64,000 nucleotides of DNA from Gammaproteobacteria bacterium (GCA_963662545.2 CAXXLL010000003.1:544001-608000), one strand, 5' to 3'; numbered from the stretch's first letter, positions 1-10,071 are shown. A program made the numbers and translations. The notes: generated from the letters alone by a model not told the origin.

Positions 1-258
1 AATAAACCCAGCAACATGATCACCATGCACGCTCTGACACCGCGAACGCTCGGCGCCTTGATCGCTCTTTATGAACACAAAACTTACGTACAAAGCGTCA
101 TTTGGAATATCAACGCCTTCGACCAGTGGGGCGTCGAAACCAGTAAAAAACTGGCAACCCAAATTCTCCAGGAGATTGCCAGCAGTCACGTCGACGCCCG
201 CCATGATGCCTCGACCGCCGCTCTGCTGCGACACTACATCGAAAGCCGACGGCCCTAG
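1..258 (+). CDS. pgi: Glucose-6-phosphate isomerase, C-terminal part (truncated by window edge)
   Basis: LGALIALYEHKTYVQSVIWNINAFDQWGVE..K matches the PGI C-terminal signature; the frame is open from base 1. Confidence 0.93.
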   Translation, partial: NKPSNMITMHALTPRTLGALIALYEHKTYVQSVIWNINAFDQWGVETSKKLATQILQEIASSHVDARHDASTAALLRHYIESRRP

Positions 259-284
259 CCCGCCTATTGCACGAAGGCGGGCTA
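256..284. terminator. Hairpin between convergent pgi and kinase genes (possible bidirectional terminator)
   Basis: TAGCCCGCCT (256-265) / AGGCGGGCTA (275-284), 10-bp perfect arms that include both stop codons; no U-tract. Confidence 0.45.
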
Positions 285-1580
285 ACCCGCTGCGTCGCGC
301 ACCATCATTTCAGTCGTCTTCGACAGGCGATCGATCAATACCTTGAGAAAGACTCTGTAAAAGCGCAATTGACAGTCCGAGGTGACTTGTTCGATTAGCG
401 TTGAATTCACCTTCATCAGTGAAACGGGGCCATCAGCCGTCACGGATGCAGTCCGCTTGATGCGATTGAGGTAGCCCATTTCCCCGAAACAATCGCCTTC
501 GTGAAGCTGGCCCACAAAATGATCGGCCTTCGATACCGTGACATCGCCGTTCATGATGATGAAGAATGAATCCTCGACGTCGCCTTCCGTGACGATTTTG
601 TCATCGACGTCCACTTCTATCCATACGCTGGCCCGGATGATCTCCCAAATCTCGGAGTCTGGAAAACCGCGAAAGAATTCGAGCTGTTTGACGCAATCGA
701 ATTTCTCTTTAATCGAAATGTCCTCCTGCGGACGATCGAGGTGCGTAAACGCCATGCTCAATTCGGAGGCCATATCCAGACCCATTCGGTAACGGCGGGC
801 CGTTGTTTTCTCCAGCGAACGACGCACGATCTGCTCGACCACTTCTGGCATATCGCTTATAAATTGTTTCATAGGGGTTGGCTCTTCATTCACGATCTTG
901 TGCACGAGGCTGGAAAAGCTTTCACCTCCGAAGGGATGGTGGCCGGTGCATAATTCGTAGGCGACGATGCCAAGAGAGAACAAATCCGTTTGATTGGTGA
1001 TCATATCTTCGTGCACCTGTTCCGGTGACATATATCTCGGTGACCCGACAAAACCCATTGGCATGGTGTCCGACATATCTTCGCGGACGGCATGCGCGAT
1101 ACTGAAGTCGGCGATCTTCACGTCCATATCTTCGGTCAACAGTATGTTCGAGGGTTTGATATCACGATGTATCACGCCCTGTCTGTGCGCGTAGTCAAGC
1201 GCCTTGGCGCATTTAAAGATGATTTCGGCGGCCTGGTTTAAAGGCAACAATTTATCGGGGCGGCAGTGAGGCCGTAGTGTGCCTCCATCAGCAACGAGTT
1301 CCATGACGATGTAGCACAAATCACCATCGACACCCGCGTCGAAAATATCGAGAATATTAGGATGGCGCAGCATGCCCGCAGTGTGCGCCTCATTGAAAAA
1401 CATTTTGCGAAAGCGCGCACCGGTATCGGCGTCCTTTAGCGCATCGGCCAGCGCAACTTTCACCGCCACCGAACGATCGATATACGGATCATAGGCGCGA
1501 TAAACAACGCCCATGCTACCCCGGCCGACCTCTTTCTCTATTTCGTACTTGCCCAGTTTATCGGGCGCGTCATTACTCAT
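282..1580 (-). CDS. Hanks-type Ser/Thr protein kinase with C-terminal cyclic-nucleotide-binding domain
   Basis: GRGSMGVVY, VAVK, HRDIKPSNILL, DFS (DFG variant), GSPRYMSPE; C-terminal FGEMGYL...RTASV phosphate-binding cassette. Confidence 0.9.
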   Translation of the reverse strand: MSNDAPDKLGKYEIEKEVGRGSMGVVYRAYDPYIDRSVAVKVALADALKDADTGARFRKMFFNEAHTAGMLRHPNILDIFDAGVDGDLCYIVMELVADGGTLRPHCRPDKLLPLNQAAEIIFKCAKALDYAHRQGVIHRDIKPSNILLTEDMDVKIADFSIAHAVREDMSDTMPMGFVGSPRYMSPEQVHEDMITNQTDLFSLGIVAYELCTGHHPFGGESFSSLVHKIVNEEPTPMKQFISDMPEVVEQIVRRSLEKTTARRYRMGLDMASELSMAFTHLDRPQEDISIKEKFDCVKQLEFFRGFPDSEIWEIIRASVWIEVDVDDKIVTEGDVEDSFFIIMNGDVTVSKADHFVGQLHEGDCFGEMGYLNRIKRTASVTADGPVSLMKVNSTLIEQVTSDCQLRFYRVFLKVLIDRLSKTTEMMVRDAAG

Positions 1581-1897
1581 CGAAAGCGGCTGCTACGTAG
1601 CGTTGCACGAATGCACAGCGGGCACGCGTGTACGCAGGGTTCCCAGAATGCTCTACATCTCTACATATGGTGTCGATTGCGCAGGCGATTTGCAAGGAAA
1701 TCGAGACGTGATTCAGAGATTCATCGGAACTAACGATAGCACTGGCATTTGCAAACTGGATCTGAGTTTTCATCGACGCGGAGTGAAAAATGTCGGGAAC
1801 ACATTTTTCGCCGTCCTGTTATCCATTCGAGTAGCGGGTATCACTGAAATGCCGGCCGGACATCCACAAAGACTTCAGCGATGGATATAATCGACAC

Positions 1898-2545
1898 ATG
1901 CAAAAGCCTTTCCGATCGACGCCCGGATTGATCGCCGGCACGCTCGTCGTCATCGCCTTCGGAGCGGGCGTCGCGCTCTCTTACCTGCACATGCGGCAAG
2001 GAGATGCGGCCATGGTCGAAGGCTTATTATGGCCCGACCCGCCGATAGTCAGCCCGGTTCACCTGCTCGATCACGACAGCGCCCCGTTTACCCTCGATCG
2101 TCTTCGCGGTAAATGGACATTCTTGTTTTTCGGTTTCACCAGCTGCCCGGATATCTGCCCCACCACCCTGGAGCTACTCGCCCGCGCTCATGACGATCTC
2201 AAGACACACGACCGTTACGGCGCCGCAGGCCAGGTCGTTTTTGTTTCGGTCGATCCCGATCGCGACTCGCCCGAAATCTTGCGCGCGTACGTACAGTATT
2301 TTCACGAAGACTTCATCGGCGTAACCGCCGCCGTCGAGGAACTCGAGGATTTTACGCGTGAACTGGGCGTTCTATTCATGAAAGTTCCTCAGGGCAGTGA
2401 TGACTACAGCGTCGATCATTCCGCGGGAATCTTTCTGATTGATCCGGATCTCAGAGTCGTCAGCGTCATCACGCCGCCCCATTCGACGAATACAATCGTA
2501 CGCCGATTCGACGAAATCAGCGCCTATATCGAATCAAGCCTGTGA
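1898..2545 (+). CDS. SCO1/SenC family copper chaperone
   Basis: N-terminal TM, FFGFTSCPDICP (CxxxC), VSVDPDRD, YSVDHS. Confidence 0.92.
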   Translation: MQKPFRSTPGLIAGTLVVIAFGAGVALSYLHMRQGDAAMVEGLLWPDPPIVSPVHLLDHDSAPFTLDRLRGKWTFLFFGFTSCPDICPTTLELLARAHDDLKTHDRYGAAGQVVFVSVDPDRDSPEILRAYVQYFHEDFIGVTAAVEELEDFTRELGVLFMKVPQGSDDYSVDHSAGIFLIDPDLRVVSVITPPHSTNTIVRRFDEISAYIESSL

Positions 2546-2979
2546 ACCGAAACTCTATGATCATGGCCGTACTTCTCGCGGCAGTTTCGGGAAAGCTCAC
2601 CGCTTGCGACGGACTCGTAGCGGAGGAAGGCTGGGTACGTCAACCGCCGCCCGGAAGCACGCTTGCCGCCGCGTACGTCGAACTGCGCAATATCGGAACG
2701 ACAACGCTGCACATTACGGGTATTCGCAGTGCGGATTTCAACTCGGCGATGCTGCATGAGACGCTACATTCCGACGGGCAGGCCCGCATGCGCCTTCTTG
2801 ACGGCATCGATCTCGAGCCGAACTCGAGCTTTCGAGCGACACCCGGGGGGCGCCATATCATGTTGAGCGGTCCGACAAAGCCATTGGGAGAAAGCGTCTC
2901 AATCGAGATCACTTTCGACTGCGGCCCAGATTCCTCACTGACCGCTTATATGCCCGTTCGCAGGAAAGCGCCCAAATGA
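2542..2979 (+). CDS. PCu(A)C family periplasmic copper chaperone
   Basis: Signal peptide, WVR...AAYV, HET...M...GGRHIML copper motif; 4-bp overlap with the SCO gene. Confidence 0.88.
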   Translation: MNRNSMIMAVLLAAVSGKLTACDGLVAEEGWVRQPPPGSTLAAAYVELRNIGTTTLHITGIRSADFNSAMLHETLHSDGQARMRLLDGIDLEPNSSFRATPGGRHIMLSGPTKPLGESVSIEITFDCGPDSSLTAYMPVRRKAPK

Positions 2980-2982
2980 GCG

Positions 2983-3885
2983 GTGATTCAACGAACCTTC
3001 CATATGCTTTTTAGGTTTGTTTCCCGTCTTTTCGTACTCGCCCAGTACGTTATTCCAAAACACGCGATCTCCAGGTTGACCGGTGCACTTTCAGGGCTCC
3101 GGCTGTCCTGGATGACACATCTGGCCATCCACGTTTTCGTCAAGGCCTACGACGTCGATATGGCCGAAGCTGCCGAGCCCGATATTCGGAGCTATCCGAG
3201 TTTCAACGCTTTTTTCACCCGTGCACTGGCACCCGGCGTCCGTCCGCTGGCGGATGAGAGGGCGGAAATCGTGAGTCCTACCGACGGAATCGTCAGTCAG
3301 ATCGGCATGATCGATGGATCCTGCATCATCCAGGCGAAGGGCATCGACTATACTCTGGTGGACCTTTTCGACGGAGATGACGACCTCGCCAGCCGATTCG
3401 ACAACGGCGGTTTCGTCACTATCTATCTGGCGCCGCGCAACTATCATCGCGTGCACTTGCCGTTGGCAGGGCGTGCGCGGTTTTTGCGTTATGTCCCCGG
3501 GACTCTATTTTCCGTCGATGACACGACGACGCGAAAAATTCGCCGCCTGTTTTGCCGAAATGAACGCGTCGCGGTTGTCTACGATACGCCCGGCGGTAAT
3601 TTTGCTTTGATCATGGTGGGCGCTCTCAACGTCGGCAGCATCGAACTCACCTTGCCTGTGCCCAAGCATTTCGCGAATCGCCCACACGCTAATTACCCGC
3701 CCCAAGAGACCCACGAGCTTGATGCGGATCCGGCCGCGTGTGGCTCCGAATTCGGGCGCTTCAATATGGGTTCGACCGTCATCCTCGTGACCAGCCGCGG
3801 GCTCGTCGAATGGTCGGCGACACCGGCCGCGGGCAGTCCACTAAAAATGGGAGCACCGCTCGGGCGGCTTCTGTCTCCCGGCTAG
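2983..3885 (+). CDS. psd: Phosphatidylserine decarboxylase proenzyme (alternative start 3004)
   Basis: FNAFFTR, SPTDG, YLAPRNYHRVHLP, VGALNVGSI, GRFNMGSTVI autocleavage motif. Confidence 0.93.
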   Translation: MIQRTFHMLFRFVSRLFVLAQYVIPKHAISRLTGALSGLRLSWMTHLAIHVFVKAYDVDMAEAAEPDIRSYPSFNAFFTRALAPGVRPLADERAEIVSPTDGIVSQIGMIDGSCIIQAKGIDYTLVDLFDGDDDLASRFDNGGFVTIYLAPRNYHRVHLPLAGRARFLRYVPGTLFSVDDTTTRKIRRLFCRNERVAVVYDTPGGNFALIMVGALNVGSIELTLPVPKHFANRPHANYPPQETHELDADPAACGSEFGRFNMGSTVILVTSRGLVEWSATPAAGSPLKMGAPLGRLLSPG

Positions 3886-3937
3886 AACTTATCTCAAAAT
3901 TATCCGCGTGCGCGAATAATTTTGAGGAAGGTTCTAA
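3882..3937. repeat. Palindromic element filling the psd/nuoN convergent junction
   Basis: TAGAACTTATCTCAAAATTAT / ATAATTTTGAGGAAGGTTCTA, 21-bp arms with 3 mismatches, bounded by CTAG and CTAA that hold both stop codons. Confidence 0.7.
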
Positions 3938-5367
3938 TAAGCCAGCATCGCCGCTATACAGACGGACATCAGGGTTCCGGGTAACAGACCGAGCAAAAGA
4001 ATCGTGATGCCGTTCACGCTGAATATCAGCCGCACATCTTCGGTTGCGTGGATGGCATCTACCTCGGCGTCGGGTTCGTCGAAATACATGAGCTTGACCA
4101 CCCGCAGGTAATAATAGGCGCCGATGATCGAGAAAAACACGGCGACGGCCGCAAGCCAGGCAAAACCTGCCGAGATCACCTCCTTGAGTACGAACCACTT
4201 GGCCCAGAACCCTGCGAACGGCGGGACGCCGGCAAGTGAAAACATCAATACCATCATCAGGAAAGCCAGCCAGGGGCTGCGCCTCGCCAGACCGGCGAAA
4301 TCCTGCAACTGATCGGATTCATTCGCGGCCGTTGCCAGCACAATGATGCAACCGAATGCACCCATGCTCATCAATGCGTAGACGATGACGTAAAACATCG
4401 ATGCCGCGTAACCAAGCGAATTGGCCGCCAGGATACCGAGTAGCAGAAAGCCCATATGCGCGATCGTCGAATAAGCCAACATGCGCTTCAGGTTGGTTTG
4501 CACGATGGCGACGATGTTGCCGAGCCCTATCGAGGTGACGGCGAGGAGAATCAGCATGAGCTGCCAATCGTCAGCCAGGCCCCCAAGTCCATCGGCCAAC
4601 AGGCGTATGGCCATCGCGAACGCAGCCAGCTTGGTGGCGGACCCGATGAACAAGGTGACCGGCGTCGGCGCGCCCTGGTACACGTCCGGTACCCACATGT
4701 GAAAAGGTGCCACGCCCAGCTTGAACGCAATGCCGATCAGGACGAACACCAGGCCAAAGGTGAACATCAGCCGGTCCTCGTTCGCAACCGTCCGTTCGGA
4801 AAGAATGCCGAGGTCCAGCGTTTCGGCGACCCCGTAGAGCATCGACATGCCATACAGCAGCATGCCCGAAGCCAGGGCGCCGAGAACGAAATATTTCATC
4901 GCCGCTTCGGAGGCGGGTATTGAATCCCGATCCATCGCGACCATCGCGTACAGTGAAAGCGACATTAACTCGAGACCCAGGTATACGGTCAGCAAGCTAT
5001 GCGCTGATATCAGCACCATCATGCCAATCGTGGCAAACAGGCCCAGGATGTAAAACTCGGTCATCGGCCGCTCGCGCCGCGAGAAATACTCGCGCGCATA
5101 AAAGAACGCGAACAGGACGATGACCATCAAAAACGCCTTGAGCACGGCGGACATCACGTCGAGTCGGAACGTGCCGCTGAAAACGCTCATCGTATGTTCC
5201 GGAAACCACAGCGCGATCTCGACCAGCACGACGAGCACGGATATTACCGCTGCCCAGAACGTTACCGCGGCCGAACGCGTTCCGCGGAATACGTCGATGA
5301 GCAACACCAGACAGGCGAAGCCTGTCAATGTTACTTCGGGGAGTACGGTGAAGATCTCGTCCATCAA
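3934..5367 (-). CDS. nuoN: NADH-quinone oxidoreductase subunit N
   Basis: EAAMKYFVLG, FKLGVAPFHMWVPDVYQGAP, KRMLAYSTIAH; last gene of the operon. Confidence 0.96.
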   Translation of the reverse strand: MMDEIFTVLPEVTLTGFACLVLLIDVFRGTRSAAVTFWAAVISVLVVLVEIALWFPEHTMSVFSGTFRLDVMSAVLKAFLMVIVLFAFFYAREYFSRRERPMTEFYILGLFATIGMMVLISAHSLLTVYLGLELMSLSLYAMVAMDRDSIPASEAAMKYFVLGALASGMLLYGMSMLYGVAETLDLGILSERTVANEDRLMFTFGLVFVLIGIAFKLGVAPFHMWVPDVYQGAPTPVTLFIGSATKLAAFAMAIRLLADGLGGLADDWQLMLILLAVTSIGLGNIVAIVQTNLKRMLAYSTIAHMGFLLLGILAANSLGYAASMFYVIVYALMSMGAFGCIIVLATAANESDQLQDFAGLARRSPWLAFLMMVLMFSLAGVPPFAGFWAKWFVLKEVISAGFAWLAAVAVFFSIIGAYYYLRVVKLMYFDEPDAEVDAIHATEDVRLIFSVNGITILLLGLLPGTLMSVCIAAMLAY

Positions 5368-5376
5368 AGATCGGTC

Positions 5377-6897
5377 CTAGGGCAGCTTGGATTGGGATAT
5401 CTGGACCACGAGTTGATCGACGCTGGCGCCCATCATATCGAACAGGGGCGCGGGTAAAATACCGAAAAACAGTACGACAACGGCGAGCGACGCCATGATG
5501 AACTTTTCACGTGCGTCGATATCCGTCAGATTTGCAACGGCCGTGTTCGCGACCGCACCATAGATCACGCGCTTATACATCCACAATGTATAGGCCGCTC
5601 CGAGTATCAGAGTCATGCCGGCCAGGATCGCGTACCAGACGTTCGCCTTGAACGCCGTCAAGATGACCAGGAACTCGCCGACGAAACCCGAGGTCCCGGG
5701 CAGTCCCGAGTTGGCCATGGCGAACAACATCATGTAAGCCGCGAAAATCGGCATGGTGTTCACGACCCCGCCGTAGTCTTTGATCTGGCGGCTGTGAATG
5801 CGGTCGTACATGACCCCGACACAGAGGAACAGCGCGGCCGAGATGAATCCGTGTGAAATCATCTGGATCATGCCGCCTTCGATGCCCATTGCGCTCTGCT
5901 GCCAATCGTTGGTGGCACTCGCCACTTGAAACACGACGAAGAATCCAAGCGTGACGAATCCCATGTGCGAAATCGACGAATAGGCGATCAGCTTTTTCAT
6001 ATCCTGCTGCACCAGCGCCACGAAGCCGATGTAGACGATCGCGATCAGCGACAGCGCGATCATGAGCCAGTCCAGGGACGCCGAGCCATCCGGCACGATC
6101 GGCAGGCTGAATCTCAGGAAACCGTAGCCACCCATTTTTAACATGACCGCCGCAAGAATGACCGAGCCCCCCGTCGGGGCCTCGACGTGCGCGTCGGGCA
6201 GCCAAGTGTGCACCGGCCACATCGGAATTTTGACGGCGAAGGCAAGGAGGAAAGCGATGAATATCCACTGCTGCTCCACCAACGTAAACGCTACATCGTG
6301 CATGGTCGCGATGGCGAAGCTGCCGCCCTCTAAATAAATGTAGAGCAGCGCAACCAGCATGAAAACCGAGCCCATGAAAGTATAAAGAAAGAATTTGATC
6401 GTCGCGTAGACACGCTCAGGCCCACCCCAGATCCCGATGATCAGGAACATCGGTACAAGCATCGCTTCCCAGAAGACATAGAACAGGATTGCGTCGAGTG
6501 CGCAGAATACGCCGATCATGAATCCTTCGAGTATCAGAAACGCGCCCATGTACATACTCAGGCGGTCCTTGATCACGACCCATCCAGCGAGGATGACCAG
6601 CACCGTCGTAAAGGTCGTCAACAGGATCAGCGGTAGTGCAATGCCGTCGATGCCGATGGAATACTCAATTCCAAACGCTGCGATCCACGGCATTCGCTGG
6701 ACGTACTGCATTTCGGCGGTCGAATTGTCGAATCCGTACCACAGCAGCAGTGACAGAAGAAACGCCGCGACGGCAATCAGCAGGGCATTGTTTCGAACCG
6801 CAGCATCGTGCACCCGACTGCCGGCAACGATGACCCAGAGCCCGCCCACTATCGGCAGCCAGATCGTGATGCTCAGGATCGGAAAATCAGCGAACAT
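5377..6897 (-). CDS. nuoM: NADH-quinone oxidoreductase subunit M
   Basis: FYVFWEAML, KIPMWPVHTWLPDAHVEAPT, KKLIAYSSISHMG. Confidence 0.96.
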   Translation of the reverse strand: MFADFPILSITIWLPIVGGLWVIVAGSRVHDAAVRNNALLIAVAAFLLSLLLWYGFDNSTAEMQYVQRMPWIAAFGIEYSIGIDGIALPLILLTTFTTVLVILAGWVVIKDRLSMYMGAFLILEGFMIGVFCALDAILFYVFWEAMLVPMFLIIGIWGGPERVYATIKFFLYTFMGSVFMLVALLYIYLEGGSFAIATMHDVAFTLVEQQWIFIAFLLAFAVKIPMWPVHTWLPDAHVEAPTGGSVILAAVMLKMGGYGFLRFSLPIVPDGSASLDWLMIALSLIAIVYIGFVALVQQDMKKLIAYSSISHMGFVTLGFFVVFQVASATNDWQQSAMGIEGGMIQMISHGFISAALFLCVGVMYDRIHSRQIKDYGGVVNTMPIFAAYMMLFAMANSGLPGTSGFVGEFLVILTAFKANVWYAILAGMTLILGAAYTLWMYKRVIYGAVANTAVANLTDIDAREKFIMASLAVVVLFFGILPAPLFDMMGASVDQLVVQISQSKLP

Positions 6898-6969
6898 GCG
6901 AGACCATTTCCCGGCTCGAACAGGTTCTTCTCAAAACGGATGCGCTCGCCATCTTTCCCACTGTACGAA

Positions 6970-8931
6970 CTACACCGCTATTCGATGGACGAATAATCCG
7001 AGCAGCACGAGCAATCCGATGATCATCGCGAACGCGTAGTGGTACAGGTATCCGGACTGCAGAAGGCGAATAACGCCCGCCCACCATCTGACCGTCCGCG
7101 CCGAGCCGTTGACCATCAGTCCGTCGATCAAGGCGACGTCACCGGCGCGCCACAACACCCGTCCCGTACCCCTTGCACCACCGGCGAAAAACCAGTCATT
7201 GAAGCGGTCGAAGCCGTACTTCTCGGTCAGAACCGTGTACACCAGCGACGTCGAGGCGGCGATACGCTGCGGGATGTCCGGCCGCTTGACGTAGCAATAC
7301 CAGGCGACGAATAAGCCGGAGAAGGCGAGATAGATTGCCGGCTGAAGAAAGGCGTGCGTCAAGAACCCGAAAGCACCGTGGTAACTGTCCGCCATGTGCC
7401 CCAGCACGTCGTGCTCATAATGGACGATGATGCTTGCGCCGAAATATTCGCCAAACAGCATCGGTCCGACCGCTACCATGCCGGCAAGCATGGACGGTAC
7501 GGCCAGCGCAATAAGCGGCACCCAGACGACGGCCGGCGATTCATGCAGGTGCTCCTTAACATGGGGGTCGATACGCTCCTCGCCGTGAAACACGAGGAAT
7601 ATGAGGCGAAACGAATACAACGCCGTCACGAACACCCCGCTCAAGACTGCCATGTGAGCCAGTCCCGCCCCGGGAATGGTCGAATGCGCGACGGCCTCGA
7701 TGATGGCGTCTTTCGAGAAGAATCCCGCGAACCCCGGAAAACCGATCAGCGCGAGAGAACCGATGAGAATAGTCCAGTAGGTGATCGGCATGTAGCGCTT
7801 GAGCCCGCCCATCTTCCGCATGTCCTGCTCGTGATGAAGCGCGATGATGACGGAGCCCGCGGCCAGGAAGAGCAGCGCCTTGAAAAAGGCATGCGTGAAC
7901 AAGTGAAAAATCGCTGCGGCATAGGCCGAGGCACCCAGCGCGACCGTCATGTATCCAAGTTGAGACAATGTCGAGTACGCGATAACGCGCTTGATGTCAT
8001 GTTGCACCAGTCCGAGCAACCCCATGAAAAATGCCGTAATGGCACCGATCACAAGGACGAATGAGAGCGCGGTCGTCGACAACTCGAAGAGGGGTGACAT
8101 GCGGGCGACCATGTAGATCCCCGCGGTCACCATCGTCGCGGCGTGAATGAGTGCCGAGATCGGCGTCGGGCCTTCCATCGAGTCCGGCAGCCACACATGC
8201 AGCGGTACCTGCGCCGATTTGCCCATGGCGCCGATGAAAAGCAGAATGCAGATCACGGTCATTAGCGACCATTCGTAGCCTGGAACGATAACGATCCGGG
8301 TGTGCTCGTATCGCGTGGCCGCGCCGAACACCTCGACATAATCGAGTGACCCGAAATACATCAGTACGGCGGCGATGCCCAGGAGAAAACCCAGATCGCC
8401 GACGCGATTGACCAGAAACGCCTTCAGGTTGGCGTAGATCGCGGTATCACGCGTATACCAGAATCCGATCAGCAGGTATGACACCATTCCGACCGCTTCC
8501 CATCCGAAAAAGAGCTGCAGGAAATTGTTCGCCATGACCAACATCAGCATGCTGAAAGTGAACAGCGCGATGTAGGCAAAGAACCGTTGATACCCGGGGT
8601 CGTCGCGCATGTAGCCGATCGTATAGATGTGTACCATCCACGAAACGAAAGTCACCACCACCATCATCGTGGCGCTGAGCTCATCGATTAAGAAGCCGAT
8701 TTTGAAATCAATGCCGCCACTCTCCAGCCAGCTGTAGACGTTCGCGTTATACGGAGCGTCGCCCGCGATAACGATCTGCCAGAACGGAACGAGCGACAGG
8801 AAAAAAGAGAGCGCGACCGCGCCGTTGGTTACCCAGTGCGCACCGGACCGCCCTATTTGCCTGCCGAAAAGGCCGGCGATGACGGCACCGGCAAGCGGTG
8901 CAAGAACGATTGCGAGGCAAAGGGTGCCCAT
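6970..8931 (-). CDS. nuoL: NADH-quinone oxidoreductase subunit L
   Basis: GKSAQVPLHVWLPDSMEGPTPISALIHAATMV, HAFFKALLFL. Confidence 0.96.
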   Translation of the reverse strand: MGTLCLAIVLAPLAGAVIAGLFGRQIGRSGAHWVTNGAVALSFFLSLVPFWQIVIAGDAPYNANVYSWLESGGIDFKIGFLIDELSATMMVVVTFVSWMVHIYTIGYMRDDPGYQRFFAYIALFTFSMLMLVMANNFLQLFFGWEAVGMVSYLLIGFWYTRDTAIYANLKAFLVNRVGDLGFLLGIAAVLMYFGSLDYVEVFGAATRYEHTRIVIVPGYEWSLMTVICILLFIGAMGKSAQVPLHVWLPDSMEGPTPISALIHAATMVTAGIYMVARMSPLFELSTTALSFVLVIGAITAFFMGLLGLVQHDIKRVIAYSTLSQLGYMTVALGASAYAAAIFHLFTHAFFKALLFLAAGSVIIALHHEQDMRKMGGLKRYMPITYWTILIGSLALIGFPGFAGFFSKDAIIEAVAHSTIPGAGLAHMAVLSGVFVTALYSFRLIFLVFHGEERIDPHVKEHLHESPAVVWVPLIALAVPSMLAGMVAVGPMLFGEYFGASIIVHYEHDVLGHMADSYHGAFGFLTHAFLQPAIYLAFSGLFVAWYCYVKRPDIPQRIAASTSLVYTVLTEKYGFDRFNDWFFAGGARGTGRVLWRAGDVALIDGLMVNGSARTVRWWAGVIRLLQSGYLYHYAFAMIIGLLVLLGLFVHRIAV

Positions 8932-8982
8932 GCCCTCAGCCCGAATTTCTTGCTATCGATGGTCGTCGCGTTCGCATCAGCA

Positions 8983-9288
8983 TCAACCTTTCATGCCGTC
9001 GAGATCCTCGACATTGATCGAGTGATGGTTGCGAAAAAGCACGACCAGAATGGCCAGGCCGATGGCGGCTTCTGCTGCGGCCACGGTCAGGATGAAGAAG
9101 ACGAAGACCTGGCCGGTAATGTCGCCGTTGAAATGGGAAAACGCGACGAAATTCATGTTGACCGACAGAAGCATCAATTCGATGCACATGAGCAGCACAA
9201 TTACGTTTTTCCGATTGATGAAGATCCCGGCGACGCTCAAGGAAAACAGGACCGCTCCAACGATGAGGAAATCTGATAGTGCGAGCAT
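8983..9288 (-). CDS. nuoK: NADH-quinone oxidoreductase subunit K
   Basis: [22 protein letters not shown]; 101 aa. Confidence 0.96.
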   Translation of the reverse strand: MLALSDFLIVGAVLFSLSVAGIFINRKNVIVLLMCIELMLLSVNMNFVAFSHFNGDITGQVFVFFILTVAAAEAAIGLAILVVLFRNHHSINVEDLDGMKG

Positions 9289-9303
9289 CTCAGCTAGACC
9301 GGT

Positions 9304-9906
9304 TCATTCTCTCGGCTCCGATTCGACGTTCACCAGGCGTATGCGATCTTCGCGGCGCACAGCAACCTGGCGTGCGGGTTTGGGGGTCTTGGTCTGGCGC
9401 GGCTCACGCAAAGTCAAAGCGATCGCGGCGACAATGGCTACCAGTAGAATGACCGCCGCGATCTCAAAGGGCCAGATGAAGTCGGTGAACAGTGCGAGGC
9501 CCAACTCTTGGGTATTGTTGTAATCTGCTGCGTGGGTCGCCGCCGGTGGGATCTGGTCGAGCCCGAAACGCTCGCGGCTGACGATCTTCGCGATGGCATA
9601 CATCATGAGGACCGCGACCAGGGCGGCAACCGGGAAATAGCGTGCAAAGCCCGCCCGCAGTTCCGCAATGTTGACGTCCAACATCATGATTACGAATAAA
9701 AACAAAACCATGACCGCGCCGACGTAGACCAGCACTAAGGCAATGGCGAGGAATTCCGCTTCCAATAAAAGCCAAAGCCCCGCGCTCGAAAAAAACGCCA
9801 GTATCAAAAATAAAGCCGCGTGCACCAAGTTTCGCACTGTGATGACCATGGCGCCGGCGAAAATCAAGAGCCCCGCGAATAAATAAAATACGATTTGCTC
9901 GATCAT
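9304..9906 (-). CDS. nuoJ: NADH-quinone oxidoreductase subunit J (start taken at MIEQIVFY)
   Basis: LVYVGAVMVLFLFVIMML, PFEIAAVILLVAIVAAI. Confidence 0.95.
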   Translation of the reverse strand: MIEQIVFYLFAGLLIFAGAMVITVRNLVHAALFLILAFFSSAGLWLLLEAEFLAIALVLVYVGAVMVLFLFVIMMLDVNIAELRAGFARYFPVAALVAVLMMYAIAKIVSRERFGLDQIPPAATHAADYNNTQELGLALFTDFIWPFEIAAVILLVAIVAAIALTLREPRQTKTPKPARQVAVRREDRIRLVNVESEPRE

Positions 9907-10071
9907 TGAAGCGGTCGAAACGACAAAGCGAAAAGCAGCGCACAATGCTTGGCGCGCCGTTTAAGCCTCACGCGCACCAAAGGACATCCCCCTCGAAATT
10001 CCCATCGCGCCGCTACGCGCTAGTCGTGTTATGCAATCCCCCTGTGTCTGCTTTTCCCTTTCTATTTACTG

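Noticed and set aside
121-156. PGI motif reads GVETSK rather than GVELGK
   Set aside because: The catalytic Lys is retained and only a fragment is visible; probably ordinary divergence
8936-8983. 15-codon mini-ORF bridging the nuoK stop and nuoL start
   Set aside because: Too short to distinguish from chance and no supporting signal
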